Assembly: GCA_951406725.2 (NCBI GenBank)
Contig: OX597841.1
Location: 16,554,001 to 16,618,000 of the forward strand
DNA: 64,000 nt
Origin: Octopus vulgaris
Lineage: Eukaryota
Direction: 5' to 3'
Below the pieces are notes generated by a model, which saw nothing but the letters and a program-made list of their open reading frames with translations, ran no database searches and had not been told where the DNA came from. Below, one piece after another: positions 29,666 to 43,197 of the stretch; the stretch's first letter is position 1, and each line of letters starts with the position of its first letter. The position numbers were made by a program, and so were the translations under genes.

Positions 29666-29999
29666 CAATGTGAATTTAAAGAGATCCTATTCATATTCCG
29701 CAAAGAAAAACAAATGAGGCGGAATTTATTCCTCGATTCAACTGCTCTGGAGAAAAAAAAGTGAAACACGAGAAACAATGAACTTGCAACCGGTCCGACC
29801 GTTATGTGGATATAAAAGTTAAGCCAGATTTTGTAGAATCTGTAATACAGTAATGGATTGTTATAATGCCACCCGGGGTGGATATGATCTGTAATTTGCA
29901 CCGGTGGATAAAATGCATGGAATATAATGATAATGGCAAGCATCGATCTATTGTTTCGTTTATATATTTCTAATATCAACAAGAGTAGTAGTAGTAGTA

Positions 30000-30032
<33 letters not shown>

Positions 30033-30035
30033 CAC

Positions 30036-30077
<42 letters not shown>

Positions 30078-30089
30078 TGGTAGTAGTGA

Positions 30090-30122
<33 letters not shown>

Positions 30123-30174
30123 CCGACTTTCTGAATTAGGTAGAATACAGGTTATATACCAAAGCACTATTGTA

Positions 30175-30407
30175 ACAAACACACACATACACACATACAT
30201 ATATATATATATGTACATAAATATATACATATATATATATGTGCACGACAGGCTTCTTGCAGTTTCCATCTATCAAATCCACTCACGAGACTTTGGTCGT
30301 CCCCACGCTATAAGTAGAAGACTTGCCCAAAGTGGCACGTAGTGGCACTGAACCCGGAGCCATCTGTTTGGAAAGCAAGCTTCTTACCACACAGCCCCTC
30401 CTGCACC
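30175..30407 (-). mobile_element. SINE family A, 5' half
   Basis: cgacaggcttcttgcagtttccatctatcaaatccactcac...cttaccacacagcccctcctgcacct. Confidence 0.82.
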
Positions 30408-30449
<42 letters not shown>

Positions 30450-30479
30450 AGTGTGTGTATGTGTGTGTATACATACATC

Positions 30480-30536
<57 letters not shown>

Positions 30537-31108
30537 ACATATATGAAAAAACAAGTCAAGAAAGAAAATGCTAAAATAATTTTATAAAGAACATTTCAGT
30601 ACCGGTTTCGGTCATTTGAGACATTTTCAACTGTAACGATTAAATAATTAAATTTAGAAAAATTAAAAGAAAAGTTCTTTTAAAAGAATATTTGTATAGT
30701 GTTCAAATACAAGTGGCATTTTCCTTGTTTCTGCCTTTCTATGTCTCTCTTGTTTACTCTTATGTATATATATATATATATATACATATGATGTATATAT
30801 ATATATTTTTTTTTCTAGTCAATTGAAATAAATGGGTAAAAAATGAAACAAAAAGAAGAAAACAACGAACTTAGGGACGTTTATGTGAAGAATATTAGCG
30901 TGATAATATTTGAAAGGAGAGAGTTTAACGTTTGGAGCATAGCTCTTGGTCGGAGAGGAGAAAGAGGAAAAGAGCAAAGAAGGAAAAGAAGTCCTCAATG
31001 GCACACGTGTAGTTACATTGCTATGTGTGCGCGTATGAGTGTCGGTGTGTGTATGTGCACCCATGTAACCATGTGGTTGGTAAGCAGGCTACTTACCACA
31101 CAGCTACT

Positions 31109-31207
<99 letters not shown>

Positions 31208-31224
31208 CGTGTGTGTATAATAGA

Positions 31225-31399
31225 TCGTTAGCTACTACACACATTTTTTCTCTCCTTGTTTTTTTTTCTGTGTCCCTTTCTGTAGAAGAGCGTAGGCTCG
31301 AAACATAAAAGACTTTTTCTATTCCTGAGCGCTATACTAATACATTTGTTTGTTTGTATACCACCTGCCTTCGTCTTTTGTTGATTTTTGTAAACTTTC

Positions 31400-31400
<1 letters not shown>
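31225..31400 (+). mobile_element. Penelope-like terminal fragment with a degenerate hammerhead motif (31276-31311)
   Basis: CTTT CTGTAGA A GAGC gtag GCTC GAAAC ATA AAAG; homologous minus-strand copy at 50579-50614. Confidence 0.55.
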
Positions 31401-31440
<40 letters not shown>

Positions 31441-31563
31441 CGGCCTGCCCGCTTAGCCAGCGGGGTGGCGTCATTTGAAGGCTAAAACAATGCGAAGCGC
31501 ATTGTGACCAGCGATGTGTAGCAACATCTGACAACCTGGTCGATCACGGTGATCACGGTGATA
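31441..31563 (+). mobile_element. Solo alternative SINE 3' tail (same tail as 48949-49067)
   Basis: ggcctgcccgcttagccagcggggtggcgtcatttgaaggctaaaac...gatcacggtgatcacggtga. A degraded second copy lies at about 31660-31770. Confidence 0.8.
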
Positions 31564-32072
31564 TATACATACACAGAGTTCACTCGGCTGTAAGTGGTTA
31601 CCCTGCAATGATGGACCTGTGTTTCGTTCAGGGCGAATAATGTCCCTACCGGACAAACCAGAAGGGCGGCATCATTCGAAAGATACAACAAACAGCAACA
31701 ATGTCAAGAAGCGCATTGTGAACAGTGGTGTTTAACACCATTCGAGAGCCTGGGCTAGCTATAGTAATGCACTGAGCTAGCTATAACACCAGTCTGTGGT
31801 TTTAGAATTTCTTGGATTCAAATAATGTTTTTCTAAGAAATATTTAGGTGGCGATGTTAATGACATAACAACGCCGTTTGGCACCTGAAGGAAATGGTAT
31901 GTGAGAAACAAATTTTGATAAATGGTTAGGTACGATGCGATAATAACTAATAATATACTGTAGTATTTATTTATATTTTAGGAAATGAAAATATCATGAA
32001 TAAATAAATAAATATATATAATAATATATGATAAATGATAAAGTTAATATTAATAACGGCGACGTTAATTCT

Positions 32073-32209
32073 AATGGTGACGATGATGAAGATGAAGATG
32101 ATGATGATGGTGGTTGTGGTGGTGGTGGTGGTGGTCATGATGATGATGATGGTGATGATGATGATGATGATGAAGATGATGATGATGGTGGTTGTGGTGG
32201 TGGTGGTCA

Positions 32210-32243
<34 letters not shown>

Positions 32244-32250
32244 GGTGGTC

Positions 32251-32292
<42 letters not shown>

Positions 32293-32296
32293 GTGG

Positions 32297-32327
<31 letters not shown>

Positions 32328-32373
32328 GATGATGATGAAGATGATGATGATGGTGGTTGTGGTGGTGGTGGTC

Positions 32374-32405
<32 letters not shown>

Positions 32406-32413
32406 GGTGGTGG

Positions 32414-32460
<47 letters not shown>

Positions 32461-32470
32461 TGTGGTGTGG

Positions 32471-32501
<31 letters not shown>

Positions 32502-32704
32502 GGTGGTGGTCATGGTGGTGGTGGCGGTGGTGATGATGATGATGGTGGTGGTGGTGGTGCTGGTGGTGGTGATGATGATGATGATGATGATGGTGGTTGT
32601 AGTGGTGGTGGTCATGATGATGATGATGATGATGATGGTGGTGGTCGTGGTGGTGGTGGCGGTGGTGATGATGATGATGGTGGTGGTGGTGGTGGTGGTG
32701 GTGG

Positions 32705-32735
<31 letters not shown>

Positions 32736-32782
32736 GGTGGTTGTGGTGGTGGTGGTGGTGGTGGTGGTGGTCATGATGATGA

Positions 32783-32816
<34 letters not shown>

Positions 32817-32871
32817 GCTGGTGGTGGTGATGATGATGATGATGATGATGGTGGTTGTAGTGGTGGTGGTC

Positions 32872-32916
<45 letters not shown>

Positions 32917-32995
32917 GTGGTGGTCGTGGTCGTGGTGGCGGTGGTGATGATGATGATGGTGGTGGTGGTGGTGTTGGTGGTGGTGGTGATGATGA

Positions 32996-33026
<31 letters not shown>

Positions 33027-33255
33027 TGATGACAATGATGATGTTAGTGATGATGATGACAATGATGATGTTAGTGGTGGTGGTGGTGGTGGTCGTGCTG
33101 GTGGAGACGATTGTGATGATGACGATGATGATGATGATGGATGTGGTGACGTCAGGTTTAAATTATATTCCTCCGGTAATTGTTTATTGCAACAGAATCA
33201 TTGTCGTCATCGTCATCATCGTTGTCATCGTCATCATCGTTGTCATCGTCATCAT
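32073..33255. repeat. Mosaic (GAT)n/(GGT)n trinucleotide tract
   Basis: Alternating GAT and GGT blocks with recurring ggttgtggt/ggtcat junctions; long ORFs in three frames. Confidence 0.96.
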
Positions 33256-34038
33256 GATCAAGAGCAATGGAAACAGTAACAATAATGATAATAACGATAA
33301 TAATAATAATAATAATAATAATAATCATAATAATAATAATAATAATAATAATAATTATTATTATTATTATATATACATATATATACATATATATATATTC
33401 ATGTATACTACCTGTATAGGTAATATAGATTATGTATATATATATATATACGTATATATGTTTATATATATATATAACAATTTATATCTATTTATGTGTA
33501 TATATGTATATATATATATGTATATATATATATGCCTGCATGGGCAATCGCATACGGATATATATGTGTGTATCTATGTATATGTATGCATATTTATACA
33601 TATATATGTATATATATATATATATATATGTGTGTATATCTATACATATGTATGTATGTATATCTATACATATGTATGTATGTATATATATACATATATA
33701 TGTATGTGTATATATATATACACACACATACATATACTCAGTCATATTTAAATGCATTACACACGTATACACGTACACCTACACATATACACATGCACAC
33801 GTAAGAAAAGTGTATGAAACACATACGCATATCCACACATTATGCTGACGACGGCGAATTTCCATAAATATAATTTTTGAAAAAAAAAAAAAAAATAATG
33901 ATAATAAAATAAAATATAAAAAATAATAAAAACGCACACACGAAACAAAACAGGACAAAAAACAAAACAATAATCTTTAAAAATATAATAAAATAATTTT
34001 CGAAACTACGCTAAAGAAGATAAAATAACGCAAAGCAA

Positions 34039-34039
<1 letters not shown>

Positions 34040-34136
<97 letters not shown>

Positions 34137-34267
34137 TGATAATAATAATAGTAATAATAGTAATAATAATAATAGTAATAATAATAATGATAATAATAAT
34201 AATAAAAATAAAAATATTAATAATGATAATAATAATAATAATAGTAATAATAAAAATATTAATAATG

Positions 34268-34315
<48 letters not shown>

Positions 34316-34360
34316 GTACTAATAATAATAATAATAAAAATAAAAATATTAATAATGATG

Positions 34361-34402
<42 letters not shown>

Positions 34403-34478
34403 TTAATAATAATAATAATAAAAATAATATTAATAATAATAATAATAGTAACAACAAAAATAATAATAATATTAATAG

Positions 34479-34565
<87 letters not shown>

Positions 34566-34600
34566 TAATAATAGCAGTAATAAGAAAAATAATAATGATA
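34040..34600. repeat. (AAT)n tract
   Basis: Directly visible. Confidence 0.96.
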
Positions 34601-34988
34601 AAATATATATATATATATATTTAAATCATAGAAAACGCTGTAACCGCACAATTTATAGCGATTTACGAACGGTTTGTGTTGATATATTACTAGCAATTAC
34701 GGTAGTGTTTGTAATAAGTGGGTTTTGCCCGGAATATATTTGTAGCAAATGATAGGGCATAAGAGGTAAAATGATATAGAGCAATATCGCAGCGTATTAC
34801 ATGATGTAATATCGCGTAGTAAATGATAGAGTGGTATTCGAATGTAGTGTACGCGTGTTTGTATGGACGGGTGTGTTTGCGAGCCGGTGTGTGTGTGTGT
34901 GTGTGTTTCCGTGTGTTTTGTTTGCGTAATAGTCTTTGATTTTGTGAAAATATATACTGGCATATGTATGTGTATGTATGTATACATT

Positions 34989-35044
<56 letters not shown>

Positions 35045-35477
35045 CATATATACACACATATATGTCTATATATATATATGTATATATATATACATATATA
35101 CACACATAGTATATATATATATACATATATACACACATAATATATATATATACGTATATACACCCATAATATATATATGTACTTATATTCTTAAACATAT
35201 ATATTTATATGTATATAGGTATATATGTGTGTGTGTGTTTTTAGAGTATCTATCTATCTATGTATATATATATATATATATGTATATACGTATACATAAT
35301 ACTTAGGTACATGAATGCATGCGTACATACAATCATACACACTGTACATATATGTGCCTATATATATGTTATATATTATATATATATTATAGCATATATA
35401 TATTATATTATATATATATTATATATATATATATTATATTATATATATATATATTATATATATATTATATTATAATG

Positions 35478-35553
<76 letters not shown>

Positions 35554-35698
35554 GTAAATATCGAACGATGGAGACGAACACCATTCCTCCACCTGATTGA
35601 TTTGAAAAGTTGTCAAGATATAAGATATTTTTCTCTTTTTTTCCTAACAAGAAACCAATGGTAGCCTAAATACACACACCCATACACACACGCACACT

Positions 35699-35730
<32 letters not shown>

Positions 35731-35806
35731 AGTATATACCTTGATGCATTTATATAGATATATACATACATGCATGGATGTGTGTATACATATGTATACA
35801 TATGCA

Positions 35807-35845
<39 letters not shown>

Positions 35846-36277
35846 ATGGATGTACACAAGCAAACGTGTGATCAAGCTGGTCAGCTGGTCAGTTGGTCGG
35901 TTGTCTGGTAGCTCAGGTGACGTAATTTAATTTTGTCTCGTCAGGTCATAACTTTGTCAATGAGTCAGTCAGGTGCTGAAGTCGTTAGGTCATCAGCTAG
36001 AGTAATTTTTTGGCGGGGTTCGTTGCGACTTGTCGTGAACCAGTTTCGAACCCAGCTCCTCTGAACTGTAAACTTCAGCTTGCAATGATCGATAAAATAA
36101 GCATTACCAGTCTAAGGAAACATTATGACGCCGGGCGAAAAGCTTAGTGAGTTCAAAATTTCGCCGAGCTAGACTTTGCGTTTAATCCTTTCCGGCTCGA
36201 TAAACGAAGTACACTTTCTCCTCGACTTACGACCTATGCGACTTACGACCACAAAAATAAAGAAATAAAAAATATAT

Positions 36278-36694
36278 AGGAGTGGCTGTGTGGTAATTAG
36301 CTTGCTAACTAACCATATGGTTCCGGGTTCAGTTCCACTGCATGGCACCTTGGGCAAGTGTCTTCTGCTATAGCCCCGGGCCGACCAAAGCCTTGTGAGT
36401 GGATTTGGTAGACGTTAACTGAAAGAAGCCCGTCGTGTATATGTATATATATGTATGTGTGTGCGTGTATGTTTGTGTGTCTGTGTTTTGTCCCCCTAGC
36501 ATTGCTTGACAACCGATGTTGGTGTGTTTATATCCCCGTAACTTAGCGGTTCGGCAAAAGAGACCGATAGAATAAGTACTGGGCTTACAAAAAAGAATAA
36601 GTCCCGAGGTCGAGTTGCTCGATTAAAGGCGGTGCTCCAGCATGGCCGCAGTCAAATGACTGAAACAAGTAAAAGAGTAAAAAGAGTAAAAGAG
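36278..36694 (+). mobile_element. SINE family A, full length
   Basis: Colinear with 11137-11615, with a shorter internal microsatellite. Confidence 0.92.
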
Positions 36695-36729
36695 ATAAAA
36701 AAAAATCGATTTCCGGACGTTGGGTAGGT

Positions 36730-37062
36730 TATCTGGTATCAACTTTTCCTCTGTACACCCTCCATTTCTTTCCTTATAGAATCTCTTCAGATCTACTCTG
36801 AATATCCTATTCTGCTGGTATCCATTCATTCTTTGGTCGTAGCTTACCATTTTTGCTTCCTTTGCAACGAAGCGCTGTTTCAGTTCCTCCATTACCAATT
36901 TCAGGCCCTTTCTTTCAATACCCATACTTCCTGTTCAGTTCCCTGTATTTTTGTTCACTTTTAAACTTCCCCTTCTCGTTTCGGTCTAACACAGAAATGT
37001 CCTTTGAGAGCATATCTAACACCGCCTGTATTCTTATTTCCCACCATGGATCTTTTCTTTTC
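36730..37062 (-). pseudogene. R4/Dong-like LINE ORF fragment (region N-terminal to RT), frameshifted
   Basis: PWWEIRIQ...LSKDISVL...KYRELNRKY / ERKGLKLVMEELKQRFVAKEAKMVSYDQR..YQQNRIF...KRFYKE, split over ORFs 36915-37193 and 36623-36925. Confidence 0.8.
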
Positions 37063-37116
37063 ACATTATTTACATTCTTTACATTTGACGGATATTTGTC
37101 CTCATCTTGTTTGTTA

Positions 37117-37160
37117 ACACAACGTTTCGGCTGATATACCCTCCAGCCTTCATCAGGTGT
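37117..37160 (-). ncRNA. Minimal type-I hammerhead ribozyme motif in a Penelope-like end
   Basis: ACAC CUGAUGA A GGCUG gaggguauau CAGCC GAAAC GUU GUGU: intact core, 5-bp stem II, palindromic ACGU stem III, 4-bp stem I. Confidence 0.75.
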
Positions 37161-37236
37161 AAATAATGTAAAAAAATGTACATAATTCCTCATCTCTTAA
37201 ATATAGAATTGTATTATCTTTTCTTTTATCACATTA

Positions 37237-37290
<54 letters not shown>

Positions 37291-37292
<2 letters not shown>

Positions 37293-38018
37293 TATGTTTG
37301 ACTTTTGCTTTATATTTGTATAAGTTGGCTCCAAGTCTCACCCAGAGACCTCAAGAGAAAACAGGCTGGAAGTTCATGTTGTAGTTATGCCATATATTGT
37401 TTTTTTTAATATTTGGGTGTTGTACTAGTGAATGTCTAAAAAAAAAAAGAGAAAACGAAAATTATGTTTGTTTTAAACCTTGAGATTACATAGAAAGTGT
37501 TTTGTATAGGATATGAGCAGTTCCCATGGGCACTATCTTTTGAATTTCTGCCATTTTGGGGTTTCCTGGTATCTGAGTTAGGTAGCAATCAGTCCCTTTC
37601 GCTATCATTCCCAGGGCACCTATGACAACAGGTACTGTTTTAGTCTTCAGGTTCCACATTTTGCTGATTTCTATTTCAAGATCTTTATATTTGCTCAGTT
37701 TTTGGTAGGTCTTGACAGATACGTTCATATCGATTGGGACAGTCATATCAATGAGGAGGCATGTTCTTTGTCTGAAGTCTTTCAATATGATGTCTGGCCT
37801 ATTTGCATCTATCTTCCTGTCAGTTTGAATGGTGAAGTTCCAGAGGAGTGAGATGTGATCATTTTCAAGCTGGAGGTGGTTTGTGTTCCACCAGTTTTTT
37901 TCATGGGGCAGGTCCAGGTTTTTGAAAATTACCCAGTGAATATATTGTGCTGCTCTATCATGCATGTTGAGATACTCTGTAGGCGCTAGAAGACTGCACT
38001 TGGAGACAACATGATCAA

Positions 38019-38020
<2 letters not shown>
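37291..38020 (-). mobile_element. 5'-truncated RLE LINE (R4/Dong-like), copy 1, flanked by (TAA)n
   Basis: ORF 37486-37965: HDRAAQYIHW, LLWNFTIQTDRKIDANRPDII, LIDMTVP, KLSKYKDLEIEI, PVVIGALG, followed by the 3' UTR. Confidence 0.93.
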
Positions 38021-38090
<70 letters not shown>

Positions 38091-38092
<2 letters not shown>

Positions 38093-38826
38093 TATGTTTG
38101 ACTTTTTGCTTTATATTTGTATAAGTTGGCTCCATGTCTCACCCAGAGACCTCAAGAGACAACAGGTTGGAAGTTCATGTTGTTGTTATGCCTAGTGTGC
38201 CATATATTGTTTTTTTTTATTTGGGTGTTGTACTAGTGAATGTCTTAAAAAAATACCATACGAAAATTATGTTTGTTTTAAACCTTGGGATTACATAGAA
38301 AGTATTTTGCGTAGGATATGAGCAGTTCCCATGAGCACTATCTTTTGAATTTCTGCCATTTTGGGGTTTCCTGGTATCTGAGTTAGGTAGCAATCAGTCC
38401 CTTTTGCTATCATTCCCAGGGCACCTATGACAACAGGTATTGTTTTAGTCTTCAGGTTCCACATTTTGCTGATTTCTTTTTCAAGATATTTATATTTGCT
38501 CAGTTTTTGGTATGTCTTGACAGATACGTTCATATCGATTGGGACAGTCATATCAATGAGGAGGCATGTTCTTTGTCTGAAGTCTTTCAATATGATGTCT
38601 GGCCTATTTGCATCTATCTTTCTGTCAGTTTGAATGGTGAAGTTCCAGAGGAGTGAGATGTGGTCATTTTCAAGCACTGGGGGTGGATTGTGTTCCCACC
38701 AGTTTTTTTCATGGGGCAAGTCCAGGTTTTTACAGATTACCCAGTGAATATATTGTGCTGCTCTATCATGCCTGTTGAGATACTCTGTAGGCGCTAGAAG
38801 ACTGCACTTGGAGACATGATCAACAT
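38091..38826 (-). mobile_element. 5'-truncated RLE LINE (R4/Dong-like), copy 2, flanked by (TAA)n
   Basis: ORF 38291-38719 is nearly identical to copy 1 and has the same 5' truncation point (atgatcaaca). Confidence 0.93.
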
Positions 38827-38827
38827 G

Positions 38828-38870
<43 letters not shown>

Positions 38871-38900
38871 TTATTATTATTATTATCATTATTATTATTA

Positions 38901-39270
38901 CTTTTTTTTTTTCTTCTTTCAAATTTGCTTCCATTTCTTGCCGAGTGTCTTCCCGACTCCTAGGGCAAAGAAACTCATAGTATACATTGGTAAGCCATTA
39001 AACCAAACTCAGTAGTTCGTCCATTTAAAAAAAAAAAAATTTTTTTAAGTTAAATTAAAATACATGAGCAGCAACAGTTCTCACATCGACAATGCTCTTC
39101 TCAATACGTGTGATGTACCAGTTAAGACAATCTTTTGCACTTCTTGCAGGGATGGTAAGCCAGGGATCATTCTCATATAATTTTCGGTTCCCTTCTTGAT
39201 CATTCCTAGTGCTCCTACGATCACTGGTGTTGTAACCGCCTTGAGATGCCACATTTTCTCAATTTCAATG
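38901..39270 (-). mobile_element. RLE LINE 3' end, second subfamily, flanked by (TAA)n
   Basis: EIEKMWHLKAVTTPVIVGALGMIKKG...QEVQKIVLTGTSHVLRRALSM* with a distinct 3' UTR. Confidence 0.88.
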
Positions 39271-39301
39271 AGTATTATTATCATTATTATTATTATTATT
39301 A

Positions 39302-39393
<92 letters not shown>

Positions 39394-39396
<3 letters not shown>

Positions 39397-39663
39397 CAAT
39401 CTTATTTTCATAACGTGCTGTCACTACACTACCGAGCGCAGCTCTGTGTGCATTAGGTATGTGCTGTGGTTTTTCGTGGTGCTCTTACTTTTACTGTATT
39501 GAAAGTGTTTCACGTATGATGTGTGCGATGCGTAGTAGTGTTATTTTCTGTATGATATATATACTTGTTAGTTCTTGTGTTTTTGTTATGTATTTGTCTG
39601 AATAGTTGTTTTTATCATACATAACGCGCCTATTATGCTAGGAATTGTTTCTCTTTTTAGACT
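39394..39663 (-). mobile_element. RLE LINE 3' end, third subfamily, degraded
   Basis: Minus strand [17 protein letters not shown]...IQKITLLRIAHIIRETLSIQ* with a third 3' UTR, ending in (AAT)n. Confidence 0.75.
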
Positions 39664-39676
39664 CTCTATATATATA

Positions 39677-39732
<56 letters not shown>

Positions 39733-39789
39733 CATATATATATATATATATACACACACATATATATATATATACATATATATATATAC

Positions 39790-39820
<31 letters not shown>

Positions 39821-39842
39821 CATGTATATATATATATATATA

Positions 39843-40220
39843 CTAGCAAAACGTTTCCCGTCCAATGGACGGTGCTGAGTTGTCAAAACATTTAAACCAA
39901 ATTTTCTCAAAACCACTTGTCCGACCGTCCCATAGGCCTCCCCTTTGAGAAACACTGATTTAACCTAAATTTGAGACACAAGCAAAAGAAAAAATGAAGA
40001 TAGACTTTTTTTCTATTCCAAAGAAAAACGATTTTATTCACTTTTTCAATCGCATTCTCACCTGGAATCTATCTTTGCAATTTTTGCATGACTTATACAC
40101 GCCCTGATACCGTCGGTATCTACATATCAAATTTGAGCGCCATCGGATGGAGGATGCCCGAGATACTAGAAGATACACACACATATGGCCATTCCTTAAT
40201 TGTTAAATTTATATATTTAG
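39843..40220 (-). mobile_element. Non-autonomous Helitron-like element
   Basis: Minus-strand 3' end: hairpin CCGTCC att GGACGG (39858-39872), then CTAG|T. The 5' end is ctaaatatataaa...tgtgtgtgt, like small Helitrons, but the terminal TC is imperfect. Confidence 0.65.
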
Positions 40221-40298
40221 TCTTTGACTATTTTCTCTTTCCCACTAGACCGCTGGTAGCGATAAATTTCTACTGAATTTTTTGCTACCCTGAAATTG

Positions 40299-40379
<81 letters not shown>

Positions 40380-40533
40380 CATTTATATTTTTATTATCAT
40401 TATTATATAATACGTGTGCGATGTGTGTGAATGTATATGAACGCATAGATGATATGTACACACACACACACACACACACTAACGCACACATACATAAGCG
40501 TATACATACATATACATATGTGCATATACATAC

Positions 40534-40567
<34 letters not shown>

Positions 40568-40764
40568 GTATATATATATATGTATATATATATATATAAG
40601 TATATGTATACGTATATATATATTTATATATATATATATATATGTATATGTATATATATATGTATATATATATATGTATATATATATGTATATATATGTA
40701 TATATATATGTATATATATGTATATATATATATGTATATATATGTATATATATGTATATATATG

Positions 40765-40843
<79 letters not shown>

Positions 40844-41028
40844 TATGTGTGTGTGCGCGTGCGTATGGCGAGGTGAGATATGAGGAAAGAGTTTTGGGTC
40901 TTCTTTGAAGCTTGTTTTCTCTGCGTCTGGTTCTTTGTAATCTCTTTATAATGGAACTTTCTTTACATTGGTCTATACAGAATGCTTAGCCTCCACATTC
41001 CCATTGCACACTCCTCTCCATGGATACG

Positions 41029-41087
<59 letters not shown>

Positions 41088-41156
41088 GCCTGTCTCTCTG
41101 TCTATCTATCCCTTTCATTCTCTATCTATCTAACTGCCTGTGTGTGTGTCTGTCTG

Positions 41157-41203
<47 letters not shown>

Positions 41204-41231
41204 CTATCTATGTATTTATCAGTCTATCTAT

Positions 41232-41316
<85 letters not shown>

Positions 41317-41366
41317 CCTTTCTTTCTTTCTCTATCTTACTGTTTGTGTGTGTGTGTGTCTGTCTG

Positions 41367-41410
<44 letters not shown>

Positions 41411-41689
41411 CTTATCTATCTGTCTGTCTATCTGTCTGTCTGTCTGTTTGCATGTCTGCCTGTCTACCTAGCTAGTTAGCGAGCTAACTAGATGGACACA
41501 TTATCACACACATACACTCACGCAGACACATACACACACACACTCACACACACTCACAAATACATGAGCACAAAAGAATGTACACATATACGCAAACAGA
41601 CATAGATATTCCTTTATATATTAAAGTGTCTGTAACCATATTGAATATAGGTATACAGAACACCTATCGAATGAAAGCTAGAGAGAGCA

Positions 41690-42010
41690 GACGACATGTA
41701 GTTATCGTCTGCTCTGTTTGAATCTCACGACTACGCTCTCGCCGTCTTTATGAATGTAAGACAAAAGCTTTCTAACATAATTAGCAACCATTTTAGATGA
41801 GTACCTCGTCGTCATCAGTGAAATGATTTCCTGAAACAAAGAATATTTTGTGTAAAAGGAAGTCAGTCGGTGACGAAGTGAGTTTATTGATCTGTGGTTT
41901 TGTAGTGGGAGGTGGTATTGTATTGAGACCGAACCAAGGAACTCTTATGGATGTATGTGGTTTGAATCCCATGGCTGTTGACAAATTTTTCCACTTAGTA
42001 ATTGTGTCCA
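41690..42010 (-). mobile_element. Possible very old mariner transposase relic
   Basis: ORF 41793-42011 ends SPTDFLLHKIFFVSGNHFTDDDEVL, resembling mariner APSDF.LF..LK..L.G..F..DDEV. Confidence 0.4.
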
Positions 42011-42087
42011 ATGTATCTGCTGCTCTAACGGCAACTCTGCGTTCGAAAATAATTTATCACGTTGTTTGTATCTTACTGTCTTTTCCT

Positions 42088-42525
<438 letters not shown>

Positions 42526-42702
42526 CTTACAGTAAGCATTTTTCAAAGCTTATAAAAAAAAAACATATTAATAAACGTTAGTTTGTTTATATTTATATGC
42601 ATGTACAATAATCAAAGCACATTTGTTTAAACTCGAACATGCTATGGCTTTCCGCTGTAGAAATTGCCACAATTTGTTAAATACTATAATAGGCGAATCG
42701 TT

Positions 42703-42940
42703 GAGGCGCGTGGCTTAGTGGTTAGGGTGTCATCATCATGACTGTAAGTTTGTGGTTTCGATTCCTGGAGCAGGCGAAGTGTTGTGTTCTTGAGCAAAAC
42801 ACTTCATTTCACGTTGCTCCAGTCCACTCAGCTGGCAGAAATGAGTAACGCTGCGATGGACTGGCGTCCCGTCCAGCTGGGGAGCACATACGCCATAGAA
42901 ACCGGGAAACCGGCCCCATGAGCCTGGGCAGGCTTTAAAA
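42703..42940 (+). mobile_element. SINE family E (tRNA head plus CORE-like domain)
   Basis: GAGGCGCGTGGCTTAGTGGTTAGG...GGTTTCGATTCC, TTGTGTTCTTGAGCAAAACACTTCATTTCAC, CTGCGATGGACTGGCGTCCCGTCCAG. Confidence 0.8.
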
Positions 42941-43197
42941 GTGAGTATTTATTTTTATTATTTTTATGATAGGCGAATTAGTCAATGCAGTTCTCCGAAG
43001 CTCCTGGATATCTTGTGTGTATAAGGAGAATGGATACTTGTTTCTCTAAGGTTGGAACATACACACACACACACACACACACATACTTACAAATACAAAA
43101 GCACAAAAGCACAAAAGAACGTACACATATACTCTTTTGCTTGTTTCAGTCATTTGACTGTGGCCATGCTGGAGCACCGCCTTTTAGTCGAGCAAAT

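Noticed and set aside
32028-33279. Poly-Asp/Gly (333 aa) or poly-Met/Val ORF as a biomineralisation or structural protein
   Set aside because: Three frames are open only because GAT/GGT lack stops. There is no signal peptide or non-repetitive domain and codon use is monotonous. RNA-seq would be needed to revive it.
34689-34870. Third Helitron end at actag
   Set aside because: No subterminal hairpin adjacent to the CTAG.
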